DNA of 64,000 nucleotides from Vitrella brassicaformis CCMP3155 (lineage: Eukaryota; Protista; Chromerida), in contig CDMY01000386.1 in NCBI GenBank assembly GCA_001179505.1, positions 1 through 64,000 of the forward strand. Direction: 5' to 3'. Positions 25,763 through 39,595 of the stretch are shown in pieces (the stretch's first letter is position 1; every line of letters starts with the position of its first letter). The position numbers were made by a program, and so were the translations under genes. The notes under the pieces were generated by a model that ran no database searches, was not told the DNA's origin, and worked only from the letters and a program-made list of their open reading frames with translations.

Positions 25763-28657
25763 GTGCCATAGATACAATACAGTTTTTAAGGACACAGTGG
25801 ACGGATGGGATGTCCGTTCATGTGTGTGTAGGTGATCCGAAGTACCAGCAGCTGGCGACGCAGCACTTTGCGCGGTCCAAGTTCGGCATAGTGGTGTACG
25901 ACCTCAGCAACCGGGCGTCATATGAGCACTGTGTGCACTACATCAAAGAGGTACGTGACTGACGTATACGCCTCTCGGGGCCGCCAAATGGATGGATGGA
26001 TGGATGGATGGTCCGTCCGTCTCTCTGTCTGTCTGTCTGTCTTTCTGTCTGTCTCTCTGTCTCTCTGTCTGTCTGTCTGTCTCTCTGTCTGTCTGTCTCT
26101 CTGTCTGTCTGTCTCTCTGTCTGTCTGTCTGTCTGTCTGTCATCCTTTAGCTGCGTGGCGTGGGTGCGGAGGTGATGCTCCTGGGCAACGAGTACGAAAT
26201 CAACAAAGGAAAAGACGCAAAGGCAAGCACCCCCCGAGCCCCTGAACACACAAATACACACACACACACACACACGTTCATCTATCGTCCGTCCGTTCAT
26301 TCATTCTGTCCTCAGGTGAACATAGAGGCGGCCAAGGACACGGCAGCGCGTGAGGGCGGCTACAGCATGGAGACCGACAACCTGGAGGAAGTCGTGAGGG
26401 CCATATTCCCACACCTCCAGCCACGGGCAATGCCGCCCAGCGGCAGCTTCGCCGACGCCAACGCACCTGCTGACGGGGTCAGTGGGTGATCATGACGACA
26501 CTCACTCATCGACGTCTGTCTGGTGTGTACCTGTGTTGTGTATGTGTGTGTGTGTGTGATGTAGACGTTGAGCAAGGCCGCGCTGTCCTCCCTGATGACG
26601 GGCATGCGCAACTGGTTCGTCGGACCGGCCAAACCTAAACAGCAGCAGAACCAGGTTGGCCTGGCCACCCCTCCCACGCCACCCGTGTTCGTTCAACTCT
26701 CCCCTGTGCGTGTGTGTGTTGCAGCTGCTGCAGAGTTCGCTCAAGGGCACCGAGGGCATGCGAGCGGCCGACCGGCGCACCGACACGGCCTGGGCTGACA
26801 TCCGTCCAGTGCAGGAGCTGCAGGAGACCGAGAGCGCCGTCACCTGCCTGTCCTTCGGCCAGGAAAGGCACCACAGGGGATATGTGCTGCTCGCCACCGG
26901 CGCGAAAGACGGATCGGTCACCGTGTACAGGTACGCACACGGGGGGTGGGGGGGAGTTGTGGGTGAGTTGGTGCGGGGGTGTGCAGGTGTTATCGGACTG
27001 AGATGGAGCTGTCCATCTTGAAGGATGTTGATTTCCGCACCAACGAGGCCCAGCCGGTGCCGCAGGAACACTCCAACATCGCCATACACTCCAGAATGGT
27101 CGGTCGGTCGCCGTGCATCTTCACCTTCACCTTCACCAGGACCCTCCCTCCTCACACACATCCATCCCATCTCGGGAACATGTGTGTGTGTATGTGTGTT
27201 GAATGGACAGACTGGTCATCAGCGGGCGGTGACTTCTTTGTTCTTCAACCTTCTGGAGGACCAGGTCGTCACCACGTCCATCGACAAATCAGTCAGATTC
27301 TGGAACGTCGACACAGGTCGCCACGGCACCACCCCCTAAACTCTCCCCCCCTCTCCCCCACACACTGCCAATGCAATGGTGCAATGGTGCGATGTGGGTG
27401 CAGGTGAGATGTTGAAGGTGTTCACCGATAGCAGCCCGGCCCTCGTGGCGGCCTTCCTCCCCTTCAACCCCTCGGTGTTCGTCGCCGCCAACGCCAACGC
27501 CGTCCTGAGGCTCGTCAACGTCCAGAATGGGATCGTCGTGCAGAAGCTCAAGGTAAGAAGCCAGCCACTCGAGCACACAGACAGACAGACAGACAGGCAG
27601 ACAGGCAGGCAACATCACCCCCTCCCTCCCTCCCTCCTCCCTCCGCATGGTGGTGGTCTGTGTGTGCGTGTGTGTGGTTGGGTGGGTGCTGTGTTGTCAG
27701 GTCGAGTCGGAGGTGCGAGCGTTGAAGTTTGACGACACCGGGCTGTTCTGCCTGGCGGGCACCAAGAACGGCGCCATCCACGTGCTGGAGGCCTCCGACT
27801 CCAACACGCTCAAGTTCAAATTCAAGAACCACCTCTCGCGCGTAGGCAGGCCAGCCTTACCACACCACCCCTCCCCTCCCAGCCACCAATGGATGTGTGT
27901 GTGGGTGGTAGGGTGCGGTGACTTGGATTACCTTTGTGGGCTCGAACAGCCCCGACAGCAACCCCTGTCTGCTGGTCAACAGCTGCGACTCGCACATAAC
28001 GATCATCGACTGCATCTACGGACCGCCTCAGGGCGTCCTCACTAACCTGGCCGTCAGGCAACGGGTCAAGGTGCGTTTTACACCCCCGCTCCCTCTCCTC
28101 TCCCCCGAACACACAGACGTGGATGTGTGTGTGGGGGTGTGTGTGTGGGTGTATGGGTGTGTGTTTGTCACTGGCACACTTGTCTGTCGTCTGCAGGTGG
28201 CGCATTCGTTGTTGCCGCTGCGCAACTGCTTCTCTGCGTATGGAGGGGGGTTCCTCATTTCGGCCTCGGAGGACAAGGAGGTCAGTCAGACTATAAGATC
28301 ACATAGACTTCATTTGTCCATCCGTCAAGACCTCTGGGACCTCCGTGTGTGTGTATGTGCTTGGTTTGTATGTGGTGTCTGTCTGCAGATATACATATAT
28401 TCCCTGGCGAAGTCCGCCAACTACAAGATGCACTACCTCAAGCACCACAACGTACAGTACACACAGCCTCCTCACCCCCACACACGCAATCAACGCCATG
28501 TGTCTGTTGCTCTCTGTCTGTCTGCCGGTCGGTCATCCAGGCGCCGGTGTTGGCAGTGGCGGTGAACGCGCTCGACACGCTGATCGCATCGGCCGACTCG
28601 CTCGGCAACATCGTCTTGTGGCGACGGCTGGACTTCCCACATACCGGCGACCCATAG
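19080..28657 (+). CDS. MyoF: Myosin F-type (class XXII) myosin: SH3-like N-terminus, motor, 6 IQ, coiled coil, Ras/Rab-like GTPase domain, WD40 tail (~40 exons)
   Basis: GESGAGKT (~19736), [27 protein letters not shown] (21610), FVRCIKPN, six IQ-like motifs (23.3-24.0 kb), heptad region, then WD40 repeats (SAVTCLSFG...[30 protein letters not shown]) to TAG at 28655-28657. Confidence 0.9.
20322..20621. other. Assembly gap (300 N) inside a myosin intron
   Basis: Run of N flanked by intron-like sequence. Confidence 1.
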
Positions 28658-29836
28658 ATGGGAGGGATTCGGTTACGATTACTAACGCTGAGAGGGACGG
28701 GTCGGTGAGGGGGTGGGGCTTTTGTGAATACGACACACATACACACATGGCTACACACACCTCCCTCCCCTTCATGCCATGTGTACGCTATGTGCTGGTT
28801 TTGCTAAGTGAGCCGTGTGGTTGGGTGTGGTTGGGTTGCTGCAGGCAGTGTGCGTGCGTGTGTCTCTGTGTGGTGGGCAGGACACCTCACCTGTGGGGGG
28901 CCCAGCCCACAGGTATGCGTGTGTCCGTGCTACCTGTGGGCCCCGCCAAGGGGATGTCGATCGACTCACCCAGTTTTGACGCCTCCCCCACCCACCCCTT
29001 CTCCACGGTATTGGCTAGCCCCCTCCCTCCCTCTTCAAGTCTGCGTGTCAATACCATACCAGTCAATGAATGAAAGAATGGCTGGCTGGCTGGCTAGTCA
29101 AACATTATGATGCACGTGAGTCACGTGCTGCGGCAATTAATGCCATGAGATTGCTCCGTGTCAGGGTTGGTGGTGGGAGTTGGGGGGGTCGGGTGCAACA
29201 TACATACACGACACACACATACACATACACACATATACAATGAATGCCCGTGATGGATGGCCCAGAGGGACCCCTCACTGCTCGCTGCTGATGGATGGAT
29301 GGATGGATAGCTGCTGTAGAGTACTCTCTCTCTCTCACCTCCCACACACGAGTTGCGCAGCGTCTGTGTTTGTGTGTGTGTTTGTGTGCGTGAGTGCTTA
29401 CGCAGCCGGGCGGGGGCGACATGGGTGTGTGTGTGCGTGCGCGCGTCGAGTGCGGGGGTGGGTCCATTTCTTGATTGACGTCTATTATGCATCAGATTGT
29501 GTGTCAGTCTCGCTAGTGGTGGTCTGCATGCGGTGAGTGAGTGAGTGAGTGTGTAGGATCTTTGCTGCATTTTGACATCGATTCATCGATTCATCTCGCT
29601 GTGTGTGCCGGCTGCGTTCCCCTGGGAGGGAGGGATGGAGGGAGGAGCGGCTTTCCCTATAGCTAAGCTGCCCGTGGCTTCGATCATGCTCACTCATGTT
29701 GGTTGAGACCTTATGGCTGACTGCATGACTTGACTGCCTTTGTCTGATGCGTGACATGGTGCCGCCATCTCAATCAACGTGCCTTTTATACCAACACCAA
29801 TACCAATCCATCCATCCATCCATCGTACTCGTTCGT

Positions 29837-32800
29837 TCAAGAGATCCTCTCGGCGACGTATGCGCTGCCCTTGCTGGGCAGGTGCACACAGTACGACCTA
29901 CCAGCCGTAGAAGTGCCCACACTCGAACGCATCACGACAAACACACCCTTACCACCTACTTCTCTATCTCTCCCACCACTCTCTTCGCTCTCATCAGCAA
30001 TGCCTCGCGCCTCCAACACACCAGACAAGTCCCCCAACTCGCCCCCCGCACCAACCCCTCTCCCTCTCCCTCTCGCCATCTCGTGCACCACCATATGCCG
30101 CCTTGTGTGTTCCGTGTCTGCTGCATCTCCCGCAATGACCACACGCACTCGCGCAGATTCAGTGTCCTCCCCTCCTTTAGTGCGTGTCTCAGCGTCGCGC
30201 CTATGCGGCAGTGTGTCACGGAGAAATCCATGAGACGTCTTGGGTCGGGTGCGTTTGTGGATTCTCCCTTTAGCTCGTGACTGCGGGCGTGTTGATGTTG
30301 AGGAGGCAGGGGCCTGCAGCAGCAGGGGGGGCTCCAAAGCGATCATCTCGCTTCTGGGTGTCTTGGGGGTGGCTGGGACGACGGGTGTTTTCCTCGTCTC
30401 TGCCTTGTCCATGGCTGGTGAGGCCGTCTTGGGCGTCGTCAGCCGGACGGCCTCTGGCGACATGGCGACTGTGGCGGCTGTCGTCTCAGGCGTTTTCACC
30501 CTCTCTTGGCACACAGGAGTCGCCTTGCCGCCCCCCGGCAGCGGCTCAAAGTCGAAATCCGTGACGAAGCGCGTCCCCGCTGCTTTCTCCCTCGCCGACA
30601 ACAGCCGTGAGCTCCGACAAGGCATAGCGCTCAGGACCCTTCGATGCACCGTCGCAGCGGCTGTGGCTGCTGCAGCGGGTGTGTGTGGTGTGGCCGTGGC
30701 CGGGGGCGATACCGACGCAGCGCGGTAGCTGAGAGCGTACTGTGGTGCGGGTGCTGGTGCTGGTGTGGGCGAGGTCATGGCTAAGGATACTGGCGAGAAG
30801 AGTAGGGGTGTGAGTGGGACGGAGTCGGTGTGGGGGGAGGAGGTTCTGACGGAGGGGTGGACCAGAGAAGGGACCGGCGACGGGGCACCTGACCACGCAC
30901 AGAGAGACATGAATGACACGACAGCAGCAAAAAAGTGGATGGAAGGTGCCAGAAAGAAAGTGACAGTACAGTACCTGCTATCCTGGCTCCTTGCATGACA
31001 GAGAGGCGTCGTGAGCCGACGATCAAGTCCGTCCGCGACTGAGATTCCAGACTGTCGTGCTTGTCCCTCTCCGCCTGCAGAAACGTCGCCACCGACGCCA
31101 CCAGCCTCCCGCAGTCCCACTCCAGCTTCACTACCCTCAACTCCCCTGCCTCCACCCACACAAGCCGACCCCCGTCAGGCAGCATCATTCCTTTGGCACC
31201 GCACTCGCACTTCGGTCGCAGCAAAGTCAGGCAGCTTTTCATCACCCTGCCTGCTGCTCCTGCTGCCGAGACGTCTTTGTCCTTCTGTGGCGACTGCGGG
31301 GGGCCTCGGAATCGCCAAATACGCGGAGAGGTCTTGGGCGTGAAAGGGGCGAACGTGGCCAGAGACACGTCTCCTCTTTCTTTGTCCTTGCCCCTGGCTT
31401 GACGCATGGCGGCGGTCTGGAAGGTGGCCGGGGGGAGGGGGTAGAGCGAGATGGTCATGTTGTCGCCGTCGTGCACCAGCAAGGCGTGCTGCCGCGGGGT
31501 GTATGTCACCCACCCGTTCGCTCCCGTGTGCGGCATCTTGACAGGCGGGGCCGCCACGACGTCGATAGCGAAAATCGACGGACCGGTGGCTTCTCTCTCT
31601 CTCTCCATCACCGTGACGGATTGCGAGAGAAGCCCTGATTGTGACGTGGAGGGGCCCCTCGATACGGACACAGACGCAGACACGCTTTCGCCGCTGACAC
31701 TGCTCTGCCGCGACAGCAGCTGAGAGGAGGACGGCGTCATGGTGGTGGACCGAGCGGGGGGGGCAAGGAGGGCGCCACGCGTCTGTATCCTCGACGGCAT
31801 GAGCGTCACCCTCTTCCGCCTCAGTCGCCTCTTCTTGCGCAGAGTCCAGAACGATAGCGTGTCTCCGCTGTGGACCATCAGCGTCAGGTTGCAGAAGATG
31901 GCAGAGTGGACGTCGGCTGGTGGGCCAGAGGGGCACAGCATTGAGGGCGGGAGGTAGGCCAGCCGCTCCACTCCCATCTCGGGCAGCGTTGTCACGCTCG
32001 AGGTGATGGGCATCGGTCGCCTCTCCGCCTTGCGGGTCACCCTTGCCACCCCGACAATCCCATTTGACAGCACGAAGGCCGCGAACCGCCCGTCACCGCT
32101 CAAATCGCTGTCTTGGAAAGTTACTCTCTCTGTGAACACCCTCTGCTGGCTCAGCAGCGACTGTGAGATCAGAGAGTTGACCGACTTGCTGGGGATGGTG
32201 GCCGTGAGAGTGGAGTGCACAAACACGTAGAGAGAGTGGGGGGTGTGGACGAGGAGGGTGGTGGCCTCGGAGGAGATGCGGATGGCTGTCGCGGGGGGGA
32301 TGGTCGAGAGAGGGTGTTCCCGCGACATCCAGAAAAGCTCCGTCAACCGCTGCCCGTCACGCACGTCCCACACCTTCAATGTCCGCCAGGCCGACGCAGC
32401 GATCAATGCGTTGGTCGCACAGACCACCAGCAGGAGCACCTCCTCCCCATTCTGGCCGCCTTCGTGAGCTTTGACCGACTTGTTGAGCAGAAATGGGTCG
32501 TCATCCCCCTCGCCCCGCCTCCAGATGTCCATACGCCCGCCAACATATCCCACCAGCAGGAAGAGTCCCTCCCTGTCCACAGCCAGGGAACAGAGTCTCG
32601 GCGCACGCATCGACTGCAGCAAGCTGACGTTTGTGAGATGGCCTTTCTGCATCTGGGGGTGGGCACGTGTGAGCGAGGGGAAAGGGGGAAAGGCCTCGCA
32701 CCACATGGATGCCACGGACGGGTGGCTCCACCTGGCGGTGACCTCCCTCTGTATGAGCGACCGTTGTTTCTCCAAGTGCCTGTGGAAGCCGTGGATGAAG

Positions 32801-35800
32801 TAGGGCGGATGCTGGCCCTCAATCGCCCGGGAAGACGCCAGCAAACGGCTCAGCTTGCCGGCGTAGTCACAGAGCCCCGTGAAGGACACACTGCCTTCGT
32901 CAAGACCGCATGGCATTGACCGGCACTCCCTGACAACCTGATTGACGGCCTCATCACAGGCCTCCATGTGTCTCGCCGCCTCCACATAGGCCATAGCAGT
33001 CGGGCTGGACTCCTCTCCTTTCCCACCAGCACCGTAGCCATGGCTCTCCGCCGTCAGGTACTCTTCCATCTGCGAGAAGAGGCTCTCCAGCCGGGAGGAC
33101 GACACAGTGATGGTCGACAAGTTGTCGGCGGTGGACACGCTCCCGGCCACAGACGTCCCCCTGCTGCCCTTGCTGCCCTTGCTGCCCTTGCTGCCGCCTT
33201 CGCCCCTTCTATGGCTCCGCTGGCCATGCTGGAAGGTGGGGATGATGTACAGCCGCCCGGATGAGGCGCGCACGAAGACGCTCGGCCGGGAGCGGAGGGT
33301 GGTGTGGAGGAGCTCGCCTTGGTCGATTTGACGGGAGGGGAGGGTGGTGTTGATGAAGGGGTCGAGTTGGGTGCCGAGGGGGGCAGTGCTGTCGGGGAGG
33401 CGGGTGGACTTGCGCCTCATGGACAGCTGGCTGACGATGGCCATCCGGCGAACGGCCTGCCTGCAGGTCGAGGGGGAGAGAGGACAAGCAGCGACGCATT
33501 CGTGTGTGTATGTATGTGAAGAGATGCCTTCCTTCCTCGCACTCATTTGCTTACTTGAGTGTTGAGGCCCTCCTGGCTGTCGTGGCCCTTTCACCAGCAG
33601 CCTCCTCTTTCTCACGCTGAGACGGCCACCACACACACAGACACAGTATGAGACACAGGCACTCTCCTGCCTCTCCCTGCGTCTGTCTACGTCTCACCTA
33701 CCTTTGCCCATGCGGTGCTGAGTTTGTAGCACTTGACCCTGGGGCCCATCCCGACAGCCAATAGGGGCAAAGAGGAGAGGCTCAGGGCCATCCACGGGCG
33801 AGGCTTGCCGGCGGGATTATGTGCGACTGGCAGCGGGTCGGTCGAGAACAGAAACTCGCCCGTCTTGCTGGAAAGAACGATGACGCTACCTGCAGGTGGA
33901 CAGACAGGGAGGTGAAAGAACGACTGGCTGGGTGTTTCTCCATCTGACTGTGTTGGGCCCGGCCCGCTCGCACCGTCCTCATTGAGGAGGGCCAGGTGTG
34001 ACGTCTTGGCCGACCACGTGCAGCCCGCGTGATCGCGGCCCTTCGGCAACGGTACACGCCGCCTGCATTGTTTGCATCCAACACGTCACATCACATTCAT
34101 GTCATGCAGCCAACACATGAAGGGCCCGTGTGTTGTGTTGCGTGCCATCACTCACTCACGTCGGCACAGGGCAGATCTGCGCGTCTCCCCTCGGGGGCAG
34201 GCCCCTCAGTTGCGTCGTCTTCTCTGCGTTGGCGGCGAGGCTGTACCACAGCACCTGCCTCTCACCCACCACCATTAGCGCCATCTCGTCAGGAACGATG
34301 AAGGCCCCTCTCAGCACGTCAGGCGGCTGCCGATCACCCGAGCCGTCCACAAACAATGGGGAGGCCGGGCGGCTCGCTGAGGGTGACGTCTTCTGTGGCA
34401 GGAGGTCGTCGATGTCCGGCACCTCTGTCTCAGACATGTCGGTTGAGCGGAACCGCAGCAGCCGCAGCTCCCTCTGTCTGTCCACCTTGACGTCGGTGCT
34501 GCCCACCCACAGAACCCGCACACACGGCACCACATGGTACCTCTCCCCCTGCCCTTCGGCACCCCTTTCTGCCGACGGATCGTCTGCGAGGCTCTCGGCG
34601 GTCAGGCGCAATCGCAGTTTGGTAGGGCTTCGGGGGCTCCTGTCGTTCGCCTTGTAGCTAACAGCATTGATGTCCAGCACGGCAGCGCGGGAGTCGATGA
34701 CGAGCAGTAGAGGGGGATTGTCCTGGGTGTTGCTGAGGGGGGCGGCGTGCAATACCTTGATGGGCGTGTGGGTGAGGGTAAGCAGGTGCGCAGTGGGCAG
34801 GAAGTAGTTGCTGTAATACTGAACGGACGAACCGGCAAAATCAGAGAGCAATGCCATTCCAGAGATTTCAGAGCTCCTCGCGTCCGCTTCTTTACCTACA
34901 TTGGTCTTTATGTATGGCTCCAGCTCAGAGTTTGGCGTGAATTTTGCCCCTGGAGGCACGCGCTTCTTCCTCATTTCGTCGGCATACAGCAGCAGCCGAT
35001 GCTTCTTTATCAAACTGCATCCACACGCCGACACACACCCACATCCATTCACCGAGCCCCTGTGTCTCTCTCCGTCTGTCTGTCTCTCACGCGGCGTTGT
35101 CTTCCATGAGTCTCAGTCTGAGCTGGTCAGTGATGGGCAGGGCGTGCACCACTGAGGGGATGATCCGCTGGTAGTTGAAAGCAACCAGACCTGCCGCGGC
35201 CCTCTCCGCTATCAGCTGGGCGGAATCGCTCGTGTCATCTGCACGCATATTAAGACACACATACACCCATCTGGACTGAGAGAGAGAGAGAGGCAAAGGA
35301 AATGGCGTCGGTGCTGACCTGCGATGATGCTGACGTGTGACTTCTTCCTGGCTGTGAGGACGAAGCGCTGGATGCTGCCGTCACAGTAGAAGATGAGGAC
35401 ACTCTTGTAGGCTGGTGGCATGACGACTGCGTGCGCGATGGGCTCCGGGTGTGTCCGCAGCAGATGAAACTCCTAACAGTGACAGAATTCAGCCGTTGGG
35501 TGGGTCTTGGTGTGGCGTGGTGCGGCATATCCACCAGGTGGTCTTAGACTACCTGTATCTCTTTGCTCAGCTTGATGAGCAGCGACACATCAGGCTGCAC
35601 CCTTACACACAACAAACACACCCACAAGACAAATGACCCACCACAAATGAAGCCTCACTCACCCATATGTGCTTCGGCGCCGTCCGACCGAAGAACCTCT
35701 CATGGTACGCCGCCACACCGTCCGCCCCCCCATGCATCAGCACAAACCCAGGGGGCAGCAACCGAAGCGAACCCACCTTCCCCCGCTCCTCATCCCGCTG

Positions 35801-37807
35801 GCCATAGCCAATCCCAGCCATAAAAGTGTCGCCCTCCCGGCTGTAGAACTGGGGAGCCTTGGCGTTGAATAGAGGGGCCGATTGTGGGCCGGGGTCTCTC
35901 TTTCTGCCGCTACCTTCAATATCGAAGACGGATTGTCTGCGGCCGGATGAGCGTCGTCTTGCGGTGAGGAGGGAGAGGCGGCGGTCGACGGGTTGTGGGA
36001 TGGGGAGGGAGGGGGGAATGGTGGGCGGGGTGCACTGGGTGAGCTTGAAGTGGGGGGCCAGGAGGTGGCAGAGGTTGACATTGCTGATGAAGTCGTAGAG
36101 GACCGAACGAATGCTGACACACAGACAACACAGACACGGAGAAAGAGACAGACACACAGCCGCGTCAATGTACACAGAACACACTGTGTCTCTCTCTCAC
36201 TCGTATAGCAGCTTGAAGGCCGAGTATTCTGATCGAGTGAAAGAGTGCCGATCCCACAGTGCCCCGTACCTACAGATGGACATGTCCCAGCCAGCCAGCC
36301 ATTCCTTCCAGCAGTGCAACTCGAGTCTTCACAGGTACCTTGCGAGCATCATGTCAGCTCCGTTTAGAGCCTCAGGCAGCCAGAACTCCATGCACAGGAG
36401 ACATATGCCCAACACGGCCACCTCCAGGCTCGGTACACACAGCTGCAGCTGACTCAAGGCCGCCGGGAGCGACGATAGCTCTTGACATCTCCGCCTCAAT
36501 AAGAAGCTGAGCATTTGTGCCTCTCCTAAGGACGGATCGCCTTCCGATGCCGCGTCAACGAGCCCCTGAATGCGGCCCCACCCCCATCCGCAGACACCGT
36601 CATCCTGCCCACCTCTGTCTTCGATAGCCACACCCCTGCGGTCCCTGCACAGCGTCAAGAGCACTTTCGCCCTGTGCAGCAGGCCCCGCGACTCCAGCCA
36701 CGCCACCATTCGTGGGCTGTTAAGCAGCGCCTCCAGGGGGTGGGGTGCGGGTGTTTCTGATGAATAGATGGAGAAGAGGGCATCTTGGAATGCCCCATGG
36801 GATGTATCCAGTGTCTCGGTGTCGGCAGTTGCGGAAGCGAGGCGGTCCAGCAGTTGATGGATGGCGCCGAGGACCAGTGCTGTTGTGTTGTTGTCAGTCT
36901 CAGTGAGGTTTGCTTGAAGGTGCCCTACCAGGTCTCCCAACTCGTCCAGCCGAGTGCTGCTTTGTTCCATCTCCCAAGGCAGCAGGGAGCACCAACACAG
37001 CACACGGAGGACCATGCTGCAAAGGGCCAACAAGTCGGCAAATACAGCCGCGAAAGACTCAGCCGAGTCGTCGATTGGCCGGCAGTGGAAACAGGGCGAC
37101 ACAATCAACATATAATGCTGGCCTCCAAGAGGATATTGGCGCCAAAATGAGGGCGGAAGGGCGTCGTCGGCATCTCTGTCCTTTGCTGCCACCTTCACCG
37201 CAATACCGCCATTCGGCTGATCGATGGACGAGTAGCTCCGCATGTAGCCCGATGTGCCTTCACTTGACGCATCAATGTCATCCCCAGTGGCTTGTGTGTC
37301 GCTGCATGGTGTCACGTAGATGTCCCTTGGGCTGATTCGGCCGCCGAGAGTGACACCTGCAGCGTGGCAGCCCATAATGGCCGAGGACAGCTGGATGGCC
37401 CAGTCGACGCACATCTCCATCGCTTCATCTGATGAGCCCTCATCCTCACCACGATCGCCCATGCCGCTCTCCAGCACCTCTGCAAGCGTCACAATCTGGG
37501 TCCGCCTTGACGACTGTCCAGTCCTCAGCTCAAACACCGGCACGGGATCACACACGCCCACCCGCCGGTGTGCCGGCTGCCTGCCCTCCACTGCAATGGA
37601 CTGCAGGAAGTGGACGGGCAGCACATGCGGGTGAAAGATTCCATGCCAGAGAAGGGCCGCGTCGTCGAGGGCCACATCGTCAGACTCTTCTTCTGGCGGG
37701 ACGCAGACAGACAGAGCCACGGACGAGGTGCCGTACTTGAGGACCACAAGGGCTGGCCCAGGGCTCTGTGAGGGGCTCAGCAGCGGGCGAACGGCGGCGT
37801 TGAGCAT
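29837..37807 (-). CDS. Large multi-exon protein: degenerate protein-kinase-like N-terminus, helical middle, WD40-like propeller, S/T/P-rich C-terminus
   Basis: Exon 1 has AIQLSSAIMGCHAAGVTLGGRISPRDIYV (kinase subdomain VIa/VIb-like, lacking HRD). Phase-consistent splices were traced at 36339/36270 and 30975/30790. WD40-like CSLAVDREGLFLLVGYVGGRMDIW and AASAWRTLKVWDV. Some internal junctions are unresolved. Confidence 0.6.
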
Positions 37808-37896
37808 GACAGATCGTCACAGTCTCCCGTCTCTGCAGCTGTCGTTGGTGTTTCCCTTTGGGGCTCAGGTTCAAGACTCAATCGAGACGGCAACGA

Positions 37897-38196
37897 NNNN
37901 NNNNNNNNNNNNNNNNNNNNNNNNNNNNNNNNNNNNNNNNNNNNNNNNNNNNNNNNNNNNNNNNNNNNNNNNNNNNNNNNNNNNNNNNNNNNNNNNNNNN
38001 NNNNNNNNNNNNNNNNNNNNNNNNNNNNNNNNNNNNNNNNNNNNNNNNNNNNNNNNNNNNNNNNNNNNNNNNNNNNNNNNNNNNNNNNNNNNNNNNNNNN
38101 NNNNNNNNNNNNNNNNNNNNNNNNNNNNNNNNNNNNNNNNNNNNNNNNNNNNNNNNNNNNNNNNNNNNNNNNNNNNNNNNNNNNNNNNNNNNNNNN
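37897..38196. other. Assembly gap (300 N) between divergent genes
   Basis: Run of N. Confidence 1.
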
Positions 38197-38325
38197 GGGG
38201 GGGAACTTCTCCAGCTGCGAGCTTAGAGAGGAAGGCGATCGGTCTTCCCGAATTTCGAATTCGCATGGTGGCTGTAGTGTCGTGTTGCCAGGTCTATACG
38301 GTCACCAGGAAGGTGAGTGAGTATT

Positions 38326-39595
38326 ATGACCGATCCTTCCTCTCTTGCTGTGGACTACTTCCTCGTCCTCGACTTTGAGGCCACGTGCGAAGAGAAGCGC
38401 CGACTGGTGCCTCAGGAGATCATCGAATGGCCGGTGGGGAACAAACAGGCAGCACCGCAGCACCGAGAGGGGGCTTGACGTACGTATGTGGGTTGACCTG
38501 TGGCCTTCAGGTTGTGAAGGTGAATGCACACACGTGCTGCATCGAGGACCCTGCTTTTCATCAGTACATAGCGCCTCAGGCGCATCCCACGGTGACTCCG
38601 TTCTGCACACAACTCACCGGCATCACACAGGTGAGGGACAGGAGGGATGGACGGCACGGCGCCGCCTGACTGCAGGCCCAAGCCCATGGCCATCGAGTGA
38701 GTGCATGGAAACGATGAACGACAGACATAGATCCAGACACATACACAGGCTGTCTGCCTTTTGCAGCCCATGTGTTCTGTTCGTATAGGAAATGGTGGCT
38801 GGGCAGCCGCCCTTCGCTGAGGCACTGCAACGGTTCACGGCGTGGATGATACAAAACCGTGAGCATATAGAACACGAGACCAGCGGCTCGACGACAGGAG
38901 GCACGTGTTTTGCTTCAGGCTTGGCAGCTCCAGCCGTGCCTCAGGACAGCAGTGAGGAGGAAGAGATCACCCCCACCGTCCCCCCTCTTCGCTCGGTGTT
39001 CGTCACGTGTGGTGTAGGTTCAATGCATGACACATCCTGTCCATCAAACACCCCCACACACGTGTATATCACCTGCACCTTTTTGACGCCCCCCCTTCGC
39101 TCGTTGCGTAGGACTGGGATCTCAAGACCATGCTGCCCGCTCAGTGTGCGGTGTCGGGGGTGGAGGTGCCGCTGGCGATGAGGACGTGGATCAACATCAA
39201 GAAGGTGTGCAGACTAAATGGGTTGCTAGGGGCAGCGAAACGGCTGTCATGTGCTGTTGCTGATCTGTGCAGGTAGCTTCCCACTGTTTCAGTCGCAGAA
39301 TCGACGGCATGCCCGCCTTGCTGCAGCGCTGCGGGCTGTCGCTTGAGGGCAGGCACCACAGCGGCATCGACGACGCTATCAACATTGCGAGGTGCTGGGT
39401 GCACCTGATCAAGTACAGAGGGGGAGGATGGCAGGATGCTCACATGCAGCCACTATCTGTAACGTTCGTTGCTGTGTTTGGACCAGGACCTACCCCGAAT
39501 TGAGGACAGCTGAGGGCATCGCCCCCTGGCTCACTCGCAACACTGCAATGGTAGCACCCCCTGGAGCAGAGGGAAGTCAAGGGAAGATAGCTTGA
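38326..39595 (+). CDS. ERI1-family DEDDh 3'-5' exoribonuclease
   Basis: MTDPSSLAVDYFLVLDFEATCEE...QEIIEWP, FHQYIAPQAHPTVTPFCTQLTGITQ, FVTCGDWDLKTML, WINIKK, LEGRHHSGIDDAINIAR. The last exon end is either 39503 or 39595. Confidence 0.9.
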
